A stretch of DNA of 64,000 nucleotides from an uncultured Acidobacteriota bacterium (GTDB taxonomy: Bacteria; Acidobacteriota; UBA6911), in NCBI GenBank assembly GCA_963843575.1, contig CAWJKZ010000014.1, positions 160,001 to 224,000 on the forward strand, read 5' to 3'. Position numbers and translations under genes: made by a program. Positions 1 to 9,265 of the stretch are shown one piece after another. Every line of letters begins with the position of its first letter. Position 1 is the stretch's first letter. The notes under the pieces were generated by a model. That model saw only the letters and a program-made list of their open reading frames with translations. It was not told the DNA's origin and searched no databases.

Positions 1-380
1 GGTGCCGCCCCTGGAGAGATGCCCAGTGTGACTACCGCGATGATTCCGGACCCGATGGCGCTCTGGTTGAAACCGAACACCACGACGCGCATGCCGCCGG
101 CGACCGCCGCACCCGACACGCTCTTGCCGGCCGCATTTGCCGCCGCCCCCGGGTTGACCCTCGTGTAGGTGAGTGAGGACGGGAACGTGAGGTCGAACTG
201 GAGTGAACTGACGGGGGTGGCCCCGGGCGCGAAACTGACGGCCAAGTCCACTGAAGCACCGGGAAGTCCGGAGCCGTTGCCCACCGAAATCGTTTGCGCC
301 TCAACGGGTGGCGGAATCAGGAAGGCTGCGAGAGTGCACAGGAGAAGGACAACTAGAGTCTGACGCCGTAGGGGGATCAT
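1..380 (-). CDS. Secreted cohesin-like domain protein (runs off the window edge; not in the ORF track)
   Basis: Manual translation from ATG at 380 (GGAG 8 nt upstream) gives MIPLRRQTLVVLLLCTLAAFLIPPPVEA (signal peptide), then QTISVGNGSGLPGASVDLAVSF...SSLQFDLTFPSSLTYTRVNPG...GMRVVVFGFNQSAIGSGIIAVVTLGISPGAA. This is the beta-strand pattern of cohesin domains. The frame stays open to position 1. Confidence 0.75.
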   Translation of the reverse strand, partial: MIPLRRQTLVVLLLCTLAAFLIPPPVEAQTISVGNGSGLPGASVDLAVSFAPGATPVSSLQFDLTFPSSLTYTRVNPGAAANAAGKSVSGAAVAGGMRVVVFGFNQSAIGSGIIAVVTLGISPGAA

Positions 381-400
381 GACAGCGGCTCCACAGGGTA

Positions 401-895
401 TTATTCCGGACAGGTTCTTGTGCCGAGCACGACGTTGCCTAGGACTTGGAGATCCAGGACGTCGGTGCGGGTATCTTTGTTGATATCGCACGACCCCGGA
501 CAGGTTCGGGTCCCCAGGATGACGTTGATCAGGATCTGGAGATCGAGCACGTTCGAGATGGTGTCGCTGTTGATGTCGCATCCCGTCGAACCGGTGACGG
601 TGGCGGTGACTTCATTGGAATAGCCGCTTTCCTGCCCCCCTCCGTTCCAAGCCGTAACGCTGAAATAGTAGGTGCCGGGGGCGAGGCCGGTAACCGTGTA
701 AGTCGTCGTTGTTCCGATCGTTATCGGTGTTCCGTAGGTGCGTGAAGCGGTTCCGAAGTACACCTTGTAGCCGGCGAGATCGGGCTCTGCGTTGGCATCC
801 CAGGCGAGGGTGACATCGGCCGCGAGCAGGGGCGGCGCGGTGACGGAGACTATCAAGAGTGACAGCGCCAGTGCGGTCGTCTTTTTAAGTTGCAT
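401..895 (-). CDS. Secreted fibronectin type III + dockerin domain protein
   Basis: Signal peptide, then an FN3 domain (VTLAWDANAEPDLAGYKVYFG...YTVTGLAPGTYYFSVTAWN...ESGYSNEV), then two EF-hand-like repeats CDINSDTISNVLDLQILINVILG and CDINKDTRTDVLDLQVLGNVVLG. Confidence 0.85.
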   Translation of the reverse strand: MQLKKTTALALSLLIVSVTAPPLLAADVTLAWDANAEPDLAGYKVYFGTASRTYGTPITIGTTTTYTVTGLAPGTYYFSVTAWNGGGQESGYSNEVTATVTGSTGCDINSDTISNVLDLQILINVILGTRTCPGSCDINKDTRTDVLDLQVLGNVVLGTRTCPE

Positions 896-1015
896 GAGCT
901 TGCCATACCTCGTTCTTGGGGACTGAATGGGTAGGTTTGGGCGTGCAGGTTCGTCTTCTCATAGGCAAAGTCGGATCGATTCTGAGGGCGTATCGGCAGA
1001 GGGGCAGGCGGGAAT

Positions 1016-1031
1016 TGTGGTGTCAATCACA
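1016..1031. promoter_or_regulatory. Possible enhancer-binding-protein site TGT-N10-ACA
   Basis: TGTGGTGTCAATCACA (TGTG-N8-CACA dyad) about 120 bp upstream of the dockerin gene and just downstream of prsR. No convincing -24/-12 element was found. Confidence 0.3.
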
Positions 1032-1141
1032 CGGCGGCGGTGAGGTGAAAGTGGAGGTGGTGGCCAGAACAGGCGGGTTTTTCGGATTATGCGTTCCGGT
1101 TCCCACGGGCGGTCGGGAAACGCCTTCGGCCGTGCCCCGGG

Positions 1142-2494
1142 CTAGAGCTGGTAGCGGGACATCAGTTCGTAGAGGGTGGGACGGCTGATTCCCAGCGATC
1201 GGGCAGCCCTGGAGATGTTGCCGTTGTTGTCGCGCAGCGCCCTGGAGATCACGCCGCGCTCCACTTCCTGGCGGGCCTCCCTCAGCGACGCCGTCGACCC
1301 CGCAGGGGCGGGGGGGGCCTGCTCGAGCTCCAGGTCGGCCGGGACGATCAGCTGACCCTCTGCGAGCACGAGGGCGCGTTTGACTCGGTTCTGCAGCTCG
1401 CGTACGTTCCCCGGCCACGCGTGGCCGAGGAGCGCAGCGTGCGCGGCCCTCGAGAGCCTTTTGGGCGGCCTTTTCATCTCTCTGGAGAAGGCGGCGATCA
1501 TGTGATCCGCGAGGTGGATGATATCGTCGCCGCGCTCCCTAAGCGGTGGAAGGACGATTTTGACCACCGCGATCCGGAAATACAGATCTTCCCGGAAGGA
1601 ACCCTCTCGGACGGCGGCTTCGAGATCGCGGTGGGTCGCGGCGATGATGCGGCTGTCGACGCAGATAGGGGTGCGGCCGCCGAGACGTTCGATCACTTTT
1701 TCCTGGAGGAATCGGAGGATCTTGACCTGCATCTCGGGGGCGAGGTCGCCGATTTCGTCCAGGAAGAGCGTGCCGTGGTGTGCGTATTCCACCTTGCCGC
1801 GCCGCTGGCTGGCGGCACCGGTGAAGGAGCCCTTCTCGAAACCGAAGAGCTCGCTCTCCAGCAGGTTTTCCGGGATCGCGGAGCAGTTGATGGCCACGAA
1901 GGGGCCGTCCTTGCGCGGACCGAGCCTGTGGATCGCCTGCGCGATCAGCTCTTTACCGGTCCCGCTCTCTCCCCGGATCAGAACGGGCACGTCGGCTGCG
2001 GCCACCTTGCGGACCGACGCGAAAACGGACTTCATCACTTCGCTCGAGCCAACCATCTCGTCCAACGGCAGCGACGCGGAGAGCGCCCTATCGTCGAGGC
2101 CCTGCTGCTCGAGTTCGACCCGCTTGAGCACGCGGCGCAGCACGACCCTCAGTTCGTCCACGTCCACGGGTTTGGGGAAGATGTCGTGCGCTCCTCGAGC
2201 GACGGCCTGAAGGGCGTTCTGGCGCTCGGAGTTGCCCGACACGACGACGACCTTGACCAGCGGATTGTGAGCGATCAGCTCCTCCAGGGCGAGGAGACCC
2301 TCGGTCGCTTCGCGGGGACGGGGCGGAAGCCCGAGGTCCAGCAGTGCTATCGAGATCTCCTCTCTCTTGAACAGGTCGAGCGCCGAGGTCCGGTCCATCG
2401 CCGGGCGGACCTGGTATTCGTCGGAGAAGGCCCACTGGATCTGCTTGAGGATCTGCTCGTCGTCGTCGACGACAAGCAGTCGGGGTAACGACAT
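1142..2494 (-). CDS. prsR: PEP-CTERM-box sigma54-dependent response regulator
   Basis: Receiver domain with LDLGLPP..ATEG signature, AAA+ domain (GESGTGKE, GSFTGA, LFLDEIG, WPGNVREL), Fis HTH (GISRPTLYELM); downstream of prsK. Confidence 0.9.
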   Translation of the reverse strand: MSLPRLLVVDDDEQILKQIQWAFSDEYQVRPAMDRTSALDLFKREEISIALLDLGLPPRPREATEGLLALEELIAHNPLVKVVVVSGNSERQNALQAVARGAHDIFPKPVDVDELRVVLRRVLKRVELEQQGLDDRALSASLPLDEMVGSSEVMKSVFASVRKVAAADVPVLIRGESGTGKELIAQAIHRLGPRKDGPFVAINCSAIPENLLESELFGFEKGSFTGAASQRRGKVEYAHHGTLFLDEIGDLAPEMQVKILRFLQEKVIERLGGRTPICVDSRIIAATHRDLEAAVREGSFREDLYFRIAVVKIVLPPLRERGDDIIHLADHMIAAFSREMKRPPKRLSRAAHAALLGHAWPGNVRELQNRVKRALVLAEGQLIVPADLELEQAPPAPAGSTASLREARQEVERGVISRALRDNNGNISRAARSLGISRPTLYELMSRYQL

Positions 2495-2632
2495 CGGGAT
2501 GCCTCCGGGCAGGCCGTCACGGTTGCGAACCGCCAGCGCAGGGGTGGAACCCGGGCGCCCCCGGGTCTGGTACCGGCCCGACCTTACTTTTCGGCGTCGG
2601 CGGCGAATTCGTTGCCGGAATTCGACGGCGGA

Positions 2633-4735
2633 TCAGGGTGCGGACCGGCCGACCGAGGCAGTGGAAACGGATTCGGAGGCGCAGGGCAGGACGACGCGCA
2701 CCGACGTTCCGACTCCGCTCTTGCTTTCGACGCTGATGGTGCCGCCGTGCGCCTCGACGATCTTCCTGCACTGGAACAGCCCGATGCCGAGGCCGTCGCT
2801 CTTGGTTGTGTGGAAGGGGTGGAACAACATGTTTTCCAGGAACTCGGCACTGATGCCGCTCCCGTTGTCCTCGACGACCATTTCGGCCTTCCCGTCGGCC
2901 GCCGCCGTTACCACGCGTATCTCGCCGGTCGACGGGGTGGCCTCGCGCGCGTTGAGCAGGAGGTTCTGCAGCACCCTTGCCATCTCCTCTGCATCGACGA
3001 ACACCGGGAGCGGGGCGGCGAGTTCGAGCCGGACTGCCTGGTCGCAGCCGTTCAACGTGGTAGCAACCCCGGTGCGCACGATCTCGTTTAGGTCCTCTGC
3101 CTTGCGGTGGGCCGCCAGGTTGCCCGAGAAGGTTTTCAGGCTGTTGCAGAGACGCTTCATCTTCTCGGCCGTCTCGTGGACGGAGGCAAAGGCGTCCTTT
3201 TGAAAATCGGGATTATCTTGGTGCCGCACCGCGTTCTTGGCGATCATGGACAGGGTGGAAGCGAAGTTTTTCAGATCGTGCAGGAGAAATGTCGAGAAGC
3301 TGCGGAACGCTTCGGTTTCCTTGGCCTCCATGAGTGTGGCCAGGAGTTCGGACTTGTGCAGCTCGCCCGCGGCGTGGCCTCCGAGCACCCGCAGGAAATC
3401 CCGGGTCTCCTGTTGATAGTGCTGCCCGCTGCGGTCGGGCCCCACCGTGAGGACGCCCACGACGCGATCGCTGGAGACGAGCGGCACGAGCAGCGCGGCG
3501 TGTGTCTGCCGTATGAAGGTGCGCAGTCCATCCGCTGCGGGTTCGAGCTCCTTGGCGGCCGTCACCTCGGTGCACTCGAGCAGTGACTCCACGATGCCGT
3601 GCACAACCCTTTCCGGGGTCTCAGGTTCGGTGCCGAGAAAGGCGGCGAGAGTGAGACGGTTGGGATTGCGTTCGCGGATCCACACGCCGACGTCGATGGT
3701 TCCCAGGGCGCTTTGCGTCACCTCTGCGAGCGCGCGCGCCGTGACTTCGGGCGGATCCACGGAGCGCACCTTCTCGGCCGCTTCCATCCAGTATTGCCTG
3801 TAATCGTAGTGGCCCGCAAAAATGTTGCGCCGCAGCCAGACTCGAAGGCGATGGCGGAACGCAGGCCACAGCAGTATGCCGCCCATGGCCAGCGCCGACA
3901 GAAGGAACACGACGGCTTCGACCTGGACAGGGCTCCCGCCGAGCTGGCTCGCCCAGCGGGCCAGGACGCCCGACACGATGAGATAGACCGCGACGCCGAG
4001 AAGCGTGAACGAGCTGTAGACGAGGCTGTGCGACACCCTGACCGCCTCCCGGCTGGAGGAGGTTCGCCGCCACGAGATCAGGATCAGGGCCGCCGCCAGA
4101 AGCGAAATCAACGGGTAAACGTGCAAGGCGCCGACCGGCAGGAGCGCGAGCGCGAACGAGTAGAGGAGCACCTTCGAGGCGATATAAAGCATGCTGGCGA
4201 ACGAAACCGCCAGGCCGAGCAGGAGGAACTTGATCTCGCGGAGCGCGCGCTCCCCGGATGTCCTGAGCGTCTGCTCGATCCTGGCAAGCCCCGCCACCGA
4301 GAGGGTCAGCAGGTAGAGGGACGCGCAATACCCGCCCGGACCCAGCGCAACGAACTGGACGCTGAGTTCGGCGGCACGCTCGAGGGCCGGCGGGCGCATC
4401 AGGATCCAGGCCGCCAGCACTGGGGCGGGAGCGACAAAAACGGCTGCGCAGGCCGCTCTTTTCCAAGCGTGCCGCGGCAGGCGCGGCCGATCCAGCCGCC
4501 AGAGAAAGGCCACCGCCGCCGGGATCGCCGGCAGAAGGGCGACAAAGGCCAGCCGCGCGGCCCACTCGGCCGGCAGCCGGTCGCTCGCGATCGGGTGGAG
4601 CACAAACCCCAGTGCCGGCAAGCCGAGGAACAGGGAGAGCAGCCCGGAGGCCCGCCCGAAACGCGGCGCTGCGGCGACCAGGATGCCGACCACCACGCCG
4701 AACAGTCCGGGGAGCAGATAGAGGATTTCGTTCAT
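2633..4735 (-). CDS. prsK: XrtA/PEP-CTERM system membrane histidine kinase
   Basis: Multi-TM N-terminus, YDYRQYW motif, GAF domain, H-box FSTFLLHDLKN, NAVRHQDNPDFQKD, HATPase (DNGSG, GLGIGLFQ). Confidence 0.9.
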   Translation of the reverse strand: MNEILYLLPGLFGVVVGILVAAAPRFGRASGLLSLFLGLPALGFVLHPIASDRLPAEWAARLAFVALLPAIPAAVAFLWRLDRPRLPRHAWKRAACAAVFVAPAPVLAAWILMRPPALERAAELSVQFVALGPGGYCASLYLLTLSVAGLARIEQTLRTSGERALREIKFLLLGLAVSFASMLYIASKVLLYSFALALLPVGALHVYPLISLLAAALILISWRRTSSSREAVRVSHSLVYSSFTLLGVAVYLIVSGVLARWASQLGGSPVQVEAVVFLLSALAMGGILLWPAFRHRLRVWLRRNIFAGHYDYRQYWMEAAEKVRSVDPPEVTARALAEVTQSALGTIDVGVWIRERNPNRLTLAAFLGTEPETPERVVHGIVESLLECTEVTAAKELEPAADGLRTFIRQTHAALLVPLVSSDRVVGVLTVGPDRSGQHYQQETRDFLRVLGGHAAGELHKSELLATLMEAKETEAFRSFSTFLLHDLKNFASTLSMIAKNAVRHQDNPDFQKDAFASVHETAEKMKRLCNSLKTFSGNLAAHRKAEDLNEIVRTGVATTLNGCDQAVRLELAAPLPVFVDAEEMARVLQNLLLNAREATPSTGEIRVVTAAADGKAEMVVEDNGSGISAEFLENMLFHPFHTTKSDGLGIGLFQCRKIVEAHGGTISVESKSGVGTSVRVVLPCASESVSTASVGRSAP

Positions 4736-4931
4736 ATTTCAGTGTGGAATGTGGCGACGACGTCCGCTAGTCTAGCACGGACAAGCCGAGTTGCGGACGG
4801 GAGCATGCCGGGCATTGTGCCGGCAGCGCTGCACCCCTCTGCCGGCAACGGCCGGATTGGGTGAGGCGCCGGCGCCCATCCCGGCGGCCGGCTGACCCCG
4901 GACGCCAGGTCCGCCGCTGGAGAGACGTCTG

Positions 4932-5906
4932 ATGCCGCAGAACTTTGCACTGATAGGGACCGCGGGATACATCGCGCCGCGTCACATGGGAGCGATTCGA
5001 GCTACCGGCAACCGCCTGGTGGCCGCGGCCGATCCTCACGACTCCGTCGGGATACTGGACCAGTATGACTTCGGCGTCCGTTTTTTTACCGAGATCGAGC
5101 GGTTTGACCGGCACCTCGAAAAACTGCGCCGCGGCCACGAAGAAGGGCGCGTCCATTACGTGTCGATCTGTTCCCCGAACTACCTCCACGACGCGCACTG
5201 CCGGCTGGCCCTGCGGGTGGGCGCCCACGCCATCTGTGAGAAACCGCTCGTCATTAATCCGTGGAACCTCGACCCGCTGCGGGAACTCGAGTCCGAAACG
5301 GGGAAACGCATCCACACGGTCCTGCAGCTGCGCAACCACCCGAGGGTGTTGCGGCTGAGAGACGATCTGGCACGCTCGGCCGCGCAACCCCCTCACGAGG
5401 TGGTCCTGACCTACATCACCGCGCGCGGCAGCTGGTATCACACCTCGTGGAAGGGTTCCGAGGAAAAATCCGGCGGCGTGGCGATGAACATCGGCGTCCA
5501 TTTTTTCGACATGCTGCTTTGGCTGTTTGGAGCGGTGGGGGAAACACGCGTCTATTACGCCGACAAACGACGCCTGTGCGGTTTTCTCGAGCTCGAGCGC
5601 GCCCGCGTGCGCTGGTTCCTCTCCGTCGATCCCTCCGACCTGCCGTATGACGCGCAACCCGGCAAGCGCAGTACCTTCCGCTCGATCACGGTCGATGGAC
5701 AGGATATCGATTTCACCGAAGGATTCACGGACCTGCACACGAAGGTATACGAGGAAATCCTGGCCGGCAGGGGGTATGGCGTCGAGGACGCGCGCCCCTC
5801 CATAGACTTGGTGCACCAGATCCGCCATGCTCCGGTCGCCCGGCAGGACGGCATGCTCCACCCACTCTTCGCCGGGCGTTCGGCCCGGTACGCACAGGGG
5901 GCGTAG
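4932..5906 (+). CDS. wbpB: UDP-GlcNAcA 3-dehydrogenase (Gfo/Idh/MocA family)
   Basis: NFALIGTAGYIAPRH, ICSPNYLHDAH, CEKPLV, SWKG..KSGG..NIGVHFFD, GFTDLHT. Confidence 0.9.
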   Translation: MPQNFALIGTAGYIAPRHMGAIRATGNRLVAAADPHDSVGILDQYDFGVRFFTEIERFDRHLEKLRRGHEEGRVHYVSICSPNYLHDAHCRLALRVGAHAICEKPLVINPWNLDPLRELESETGKRIHTVLQLRNHPRVLRLRDDLARSAAQPPHEVVLTYITARGSWYHTSWKGSEEKSGGVAMNIGVHFFDMLLWLFGAVGETRVYYADKRRLCGFLELERARVRWFLSVDPSDLPYDAQPGKRSTFRSITVDGQDIDFTEGFTDLHTKVYEEILAGRGYGVEDARPSIDLVHQIRHAPVARQDGMLHPLFAGRSARYAQGA

Positions 5907-6530
5907 ATGGCCGATTCGAACGTGTTCATCCATCCGACGGCCTGCGTCGACCAGCCCTGCGTCATAGGGGACGGAACAAAGGTCTGGCACTTCTGTCACG
6001 TCATGGCGGGCGCGGTGATCGGGGAACGCTGCATCCTGGGCCAGAACGTTTTCGTCGCCAACGGCGTGACGATCGGCAACAACGTCAAAATCCAGAACAA
6101 CGTGTCTCTCTACACCGGCGTCGACCTGGAGGACGATGTGTTCTGCGGCCCCTCCTGCGTTTTCACAAACGTCATCAACCCGCGTTCCCAAATCGTGCGA
6201 CACGAGCAGTACTTGCACACGCTTGTGCGCCGCGGCGCGACCATAGGCGCCAACGCCACGATCGTCTGCGGCGCTACCGTGGGTCGCTATGCATTCGTGG
6301 CTGCCGGCGCACTGGTCCGCCACAGCGTGCCGGACTACGCCCTGGTGGCCGGAGTGCCAGCCGTCCGCAAGGGCTGGATGAGCCGCCACGGTCACCGCCT
6401 GTCGCGGCTCGATGCCGACGGAAACCTCGTCTGTGCGGAAAGTGGCTGGCGCTACCGCTCGATCGACGCCGATACGCTGCGCTGCCTTGATTGGCCCGAA
6501 GATCAACCGCTGGCCGCCGCGAACCGCTAG
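5907..6530 (+). CDS. wbpD: UDP-GlcNAc3NA N-acetyltransferase (hexapeptide repeat)
   Basis: IGDGTKVWHFCHV, KIQNNVSLY, CGPSCVFTNVINPRS, GATIGANATIVCG. Confidence 0.9.
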   Translation: MADSNVFIHPTACVDQPCVIGDGTKVWHFCHVMAGAVIGERCILGQNVFVANGVTIGNNVKIQNNVSLYTGVDLEDDVFCGPSCVFTNVINPRSQIVRHEQYLHTLVRRGATIGANATIVCGATVGRYAFVAAGALVRHSVPDYALVAGVPAVRKGWMSRHGHRLSRLDADGNLVCAESGWRYRSIDADTLRCLDWPEDQPLAAANR

Positions 6531-6593
6531 CGGCAGAAGAACCGCCGGCGCCTTAAGGGCGGTGCCGGACCGCTCTCGCAGGGTATAGCAACC

Positions 6594-7808
6594 ATGACAA
6601 CAAGCTCCATGCCGTTCACGGATCTGCAGGCCCAGTATCGATTAATCCAGGGCGATGTCGAACGGAGAATCCAGGCCGTACTGAACCACGGACAATACAT
6701 CCTGGGGCCCGAGGTGGCGGAACTGGAACGCCTGCTGGCCGAATACGTCGGGTCGAAACATGCCATCGCCTGCTCGTCGGGCACCGACGCCCTCCTGGTG
6801 GCGCTGATGGCCCTCGGGGTGCGTCCGGGCGATGTCGTCCTGACGACTCCGTTCACGTTTTTCGCCACCGCCGAAGTGATCGCCCTCCTGAACGCGGTGC
6901 CGGTTTTCGTAGACGTGCTGCCGAACACGTTCAACATCGACCCGAGCGCGCTGGCGCGCTCCCTCGAGGCAGTCCGGACCAAAAACCCGCGTCTCCACGC
7001 GCTGCCCCGGAGCGTCGACCTGGGCGCACGAAGGGTGCGCGGCGTCATCGCCGTGGACTTGTTCGGGCTTGTCGCCGACTACGAGGCGCTCTCGCCCTTG
7101 TGCCGGGACGCGGGCATCTTCCTCGTCGAAGACGCGGCGCAGTCGTTCGGCGCCCAGACCGCCGGTGGCAGGGCTTGTAGGTTCGGCGATGTCGCAGCGA
7201 CGAGCTTCTTCCCGGCCAAGCCGCTCGGTTGCTACGGTGACGGCGGAATGGTGTTCACCGAACGCGAAGACGTCGCCGGACTCCTCCGGTCGCTGGTCGT
7301 GCACGGAAAGGGCACCGACAAGTACGACAACCTCAGGATCGGGCTGAACGGCAGGCTGGACACGCTGCAGGCGGCGATCCTCCTCGCAAAGTTTTCGGTC
7401 TTCCCCCAGGAGTGCGACCGCCGCCGCGCGATCGCGGCCGAATACGGCCGCCTGATCGAGGGATGCTGCGGCCACGAGGTGCTCGTGCCTCGAGAGCCGG
7501 ACGGATCCCGATCCATCTGGGCACAGTACACGGTCCGGTTGCGGAATCGTTCCAATGGGGAGGTGCAAAAGCACCTGCAGCGGAAGGGAATCCCGACCGC
7601 AATCTACTACCCGCGCCCGCTCCATCTGCAAAGCGCCTTTCGGTATCTCGGGTACAGGGAGGGGGACTTTCCGGTTTCCGAGGAATTGAGCCGCGAAGTG
7701 CTCAGCCTCCCCTTCAGCCCGTATCTCCAACCCGCGCAGCTGGAACAGGTCGTTGGAGCGCTGGGAGACGCCCTGGCGGCCTCTCCGCCGCAGACCGCTC
7801 CGGCCTAA
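6594..7808 (+). CDS. wbpE: DegT/DnrJ/EryC1/StrS aminotransferase
   Basis: SSGTDAL, EDAAQSFG, SFFPAKPLGCYGDGG, NGRLDTLQAA; lies in the wbpB-wbpD cluster. Confidence 0.85.
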   Translation: MTTSSMPFTDLQAQYRLIQGDVERRIQAVLNHGQYILGPEVAELERLLAEYVGSKHAIACSSGTDALLVALMALGVRPGDVVLTTPFTFFATAEVIALLNAVPVFVDVLPNTFNIDPSALARSLEAVRTKNPRLHALPRSVDLGARRVRGVIAVDLFGLVADYEALSPLCRDAGIFLVEDAAQSFGAQTAGGRACRFGDVAATSFFPAKPLGCYGDGGMVFTEREDVAGLLRSLVVHGKGTDKYDNLRIGLNGRLDTLQAAILLAKFSVFPQECDRRRAIAAEYGRLIEGCCGHEVLVPREPDGSRSIWAQYTVRLRNRSNGEVQKHLQRKGIPTAIYYPRPLHLQSAFRYLGYREGDFPVSEELSREVLSLPFSPYLQPAQLEQVVGALGDALAASPPQTAPA

Positions 7809-7837
7809 CCACCCTCAACGGGGAGGTCCGCAGCGAA

Positions 7838-9031
7838 ATGCACAAAATCCTGGCGGTCGTCGGAGCCCGTCCCCAGTTTGTGAAGGCAGCCGCGGTGTCC
7901 CGCGCCTTCGCCCGGCACAACTCTTCCCGCGGAGGCGATGAACTCCTGCAGCACCTCATCGTGCATACCGGCCAGCACTATGACGACAACCTTTCCCAGG
8001 TCTTCTTCGACGAACTCGAGATCCCCCCGCCCGCCTGCAACTTGGGTATCGGCTCGCAATCGCACGGAGCCCAGACCGGTGCGATGCTGAAGGAAATCGA
8101 GGCGCTGCTCTCGTCCCAGAAGCCCCGGGTGGTCCTCACCTACGGGGACACCAACTCGACCCTCGCCGCCACGTTGGCCGCCGTCAAGCTGCACATCCCG
8201 GCGGCCCACGTGGAGGCGGGGCTGAGGAGCTTCAACCGCGACATGCCGGAGGAAATCAATCGCGTCGTGGCCGACGAGCTCTCAAGCCTGCTCTTCTGCC
8301 CCACGCCGGCCGCAGTCGCCAACCTGAAGGCGGAGGGGATACCTCCGCGCCGTCAGGTGCCCGCGGGCCCGCTCGGCCTTCAGGGCCAGCAGGTTTTTCT
8401 CGTCGGCGACGTGATGTACGACGCGCTCCTGTTCTATCGTTCACTCTCGGAACGTCGATCCACGATCCTCGGCGCGCTCGGTCTCGAACCGGCCCGGTAC
8501 TGTCTCGCGACGCTGCACCGGGCGGAGAACACCGACGATCCCACCCGGCTTTACACCATCTTGCACACGCTCGGCACCATCGCAGCTACGAGACTCCCCG
8601 TGGTGCTTCCCCTGCACCCGCGCACCCGGAAATTCCTGCACGGGCTCAGCCTCCAACCCGGAGCCCAGGCCTTCGAGGCGATCCGGTTCATCGACCCGGT
8701 GGGCTACCTCGACATGATCCAGCTCGAAAATGCCGCCCGCGTGATCTTGACTGACTCGGGGGGTGTGCAGAAAGAGTCTCACCTGCTCGGCGTGCCCTGC
8801 ATCACCCTGCGGGAAGAGACCGAATGGGTTGAGAGCGTCGAGACCGGATGGAACACCCTTGCCGGTGCGAACCACGAGAGGATCATGGCGGCCTTTAACG
8901 CCGCTACCGCCTGGCGCGGGGAGGGCGTGCCGTTCCCCACGGGCGCCACCGGTGCGGCGACGGTCGCGGGATTGTACGGCGACGGGAAAGCTGCATCGAA
9001 AATCGTTTCCATCATCTCCGAATGTATCTAA
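7838..9031 (+). CDS. wbpI: Non-hydrolysing UDP-GlcNAc / UDP-GlcNAc3NAcA 2-epimerase (WecB/WbpI family)
   Basis: VVGARPQFVK, HTGQHYD, YGDTNSTLA, HVEAGLRS, TDSGGVQKE. ATG at 7838 follows GGGAGG. Confidence 0.8.
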   Translation: MHKILAVVGARPQFVKAAAVSRAFARHNSSRGGDELLQHLIVHTGQHYDDNLSQVFFDELEIPPPACNLGIGSQSHGAQTGAMLKEIEALLSSQKPRVVLTYGDTNSTLAATLAAVKLHIPAAHVEAGLRSFNRDMPEEINRVVADELSSLLFCPTPAAVANLKAEGIPPRRQVPAGPLGLQGQQVFLVGDVMYDALLFYRSLSERRSTILGALGLEPARYCLATLHRAENTDDPTRLYTILHTLGTIAATRLPVVLPLHPRTRKFLHGLSLQPGAQAFEAIRFIDPVGYLDMIQLENAARVILTDSGGVQKESHLLGVPCITLREETEWVESVETGWNTLAGANHERIMAAFNAATAWRGEGVPFPTGATGAATVAGLYGDGKAASKIVSIISECI

Positions 9032-9228
9032 TCGGCGGAAGAAAACGTGCGGTGAAGCCGGGGGTGACGGGGCGGGCCCAGATCAAGTACGGGTACGGCA
9101 ATTCCGTGCGCGACGCCGTCGAGAAACTCCAGTACGCCCTCTCTTACATCAAGCACATGCCGGCGTTTCTCGACTTCCTGGTCGCCTTCGAAATCATCAA
9201 GACCGTGCTGTTCCGCCGGGGGTCCTGA
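9022..9228 (+). pseudogene. C-terminal remnant of a polyprenyl-phosphate sugar transferase (WcaJ/exosortase-associated type)
   Basis: VKPGVTGRAQIKYGYG..DAVEKLQYALSYIKHM..FLDFLV..IKTVLFRRG matches the family end (KPGITGWAQ...EKLQYDLYYIK), with W>R and D>A changes. The N-terminal part is absent. Confidence 0.75.
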
Positions 9229-9265
9229 CGGGTCACCCCGCTTTCGGAGGCGACACCGGGAACCG

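Noticed and set aside
891-905. sigma54 promoter TGGCAAGCTCATGCA for the dockerin gene
   Set aside because: The GG-to-GC spacing is 9 rather than 10, and the element overlaps the start codon.
7412-7837. N-terminal extensions in the ORF track (also 15714-16313, 35229-35906, 54845-54946, 57826-58608)
   Set aside because: They overlap neighbouring genes, belong to a frameshifted upstream gene, or extend past the better start. Family homology and RBS position support the later starts used here.
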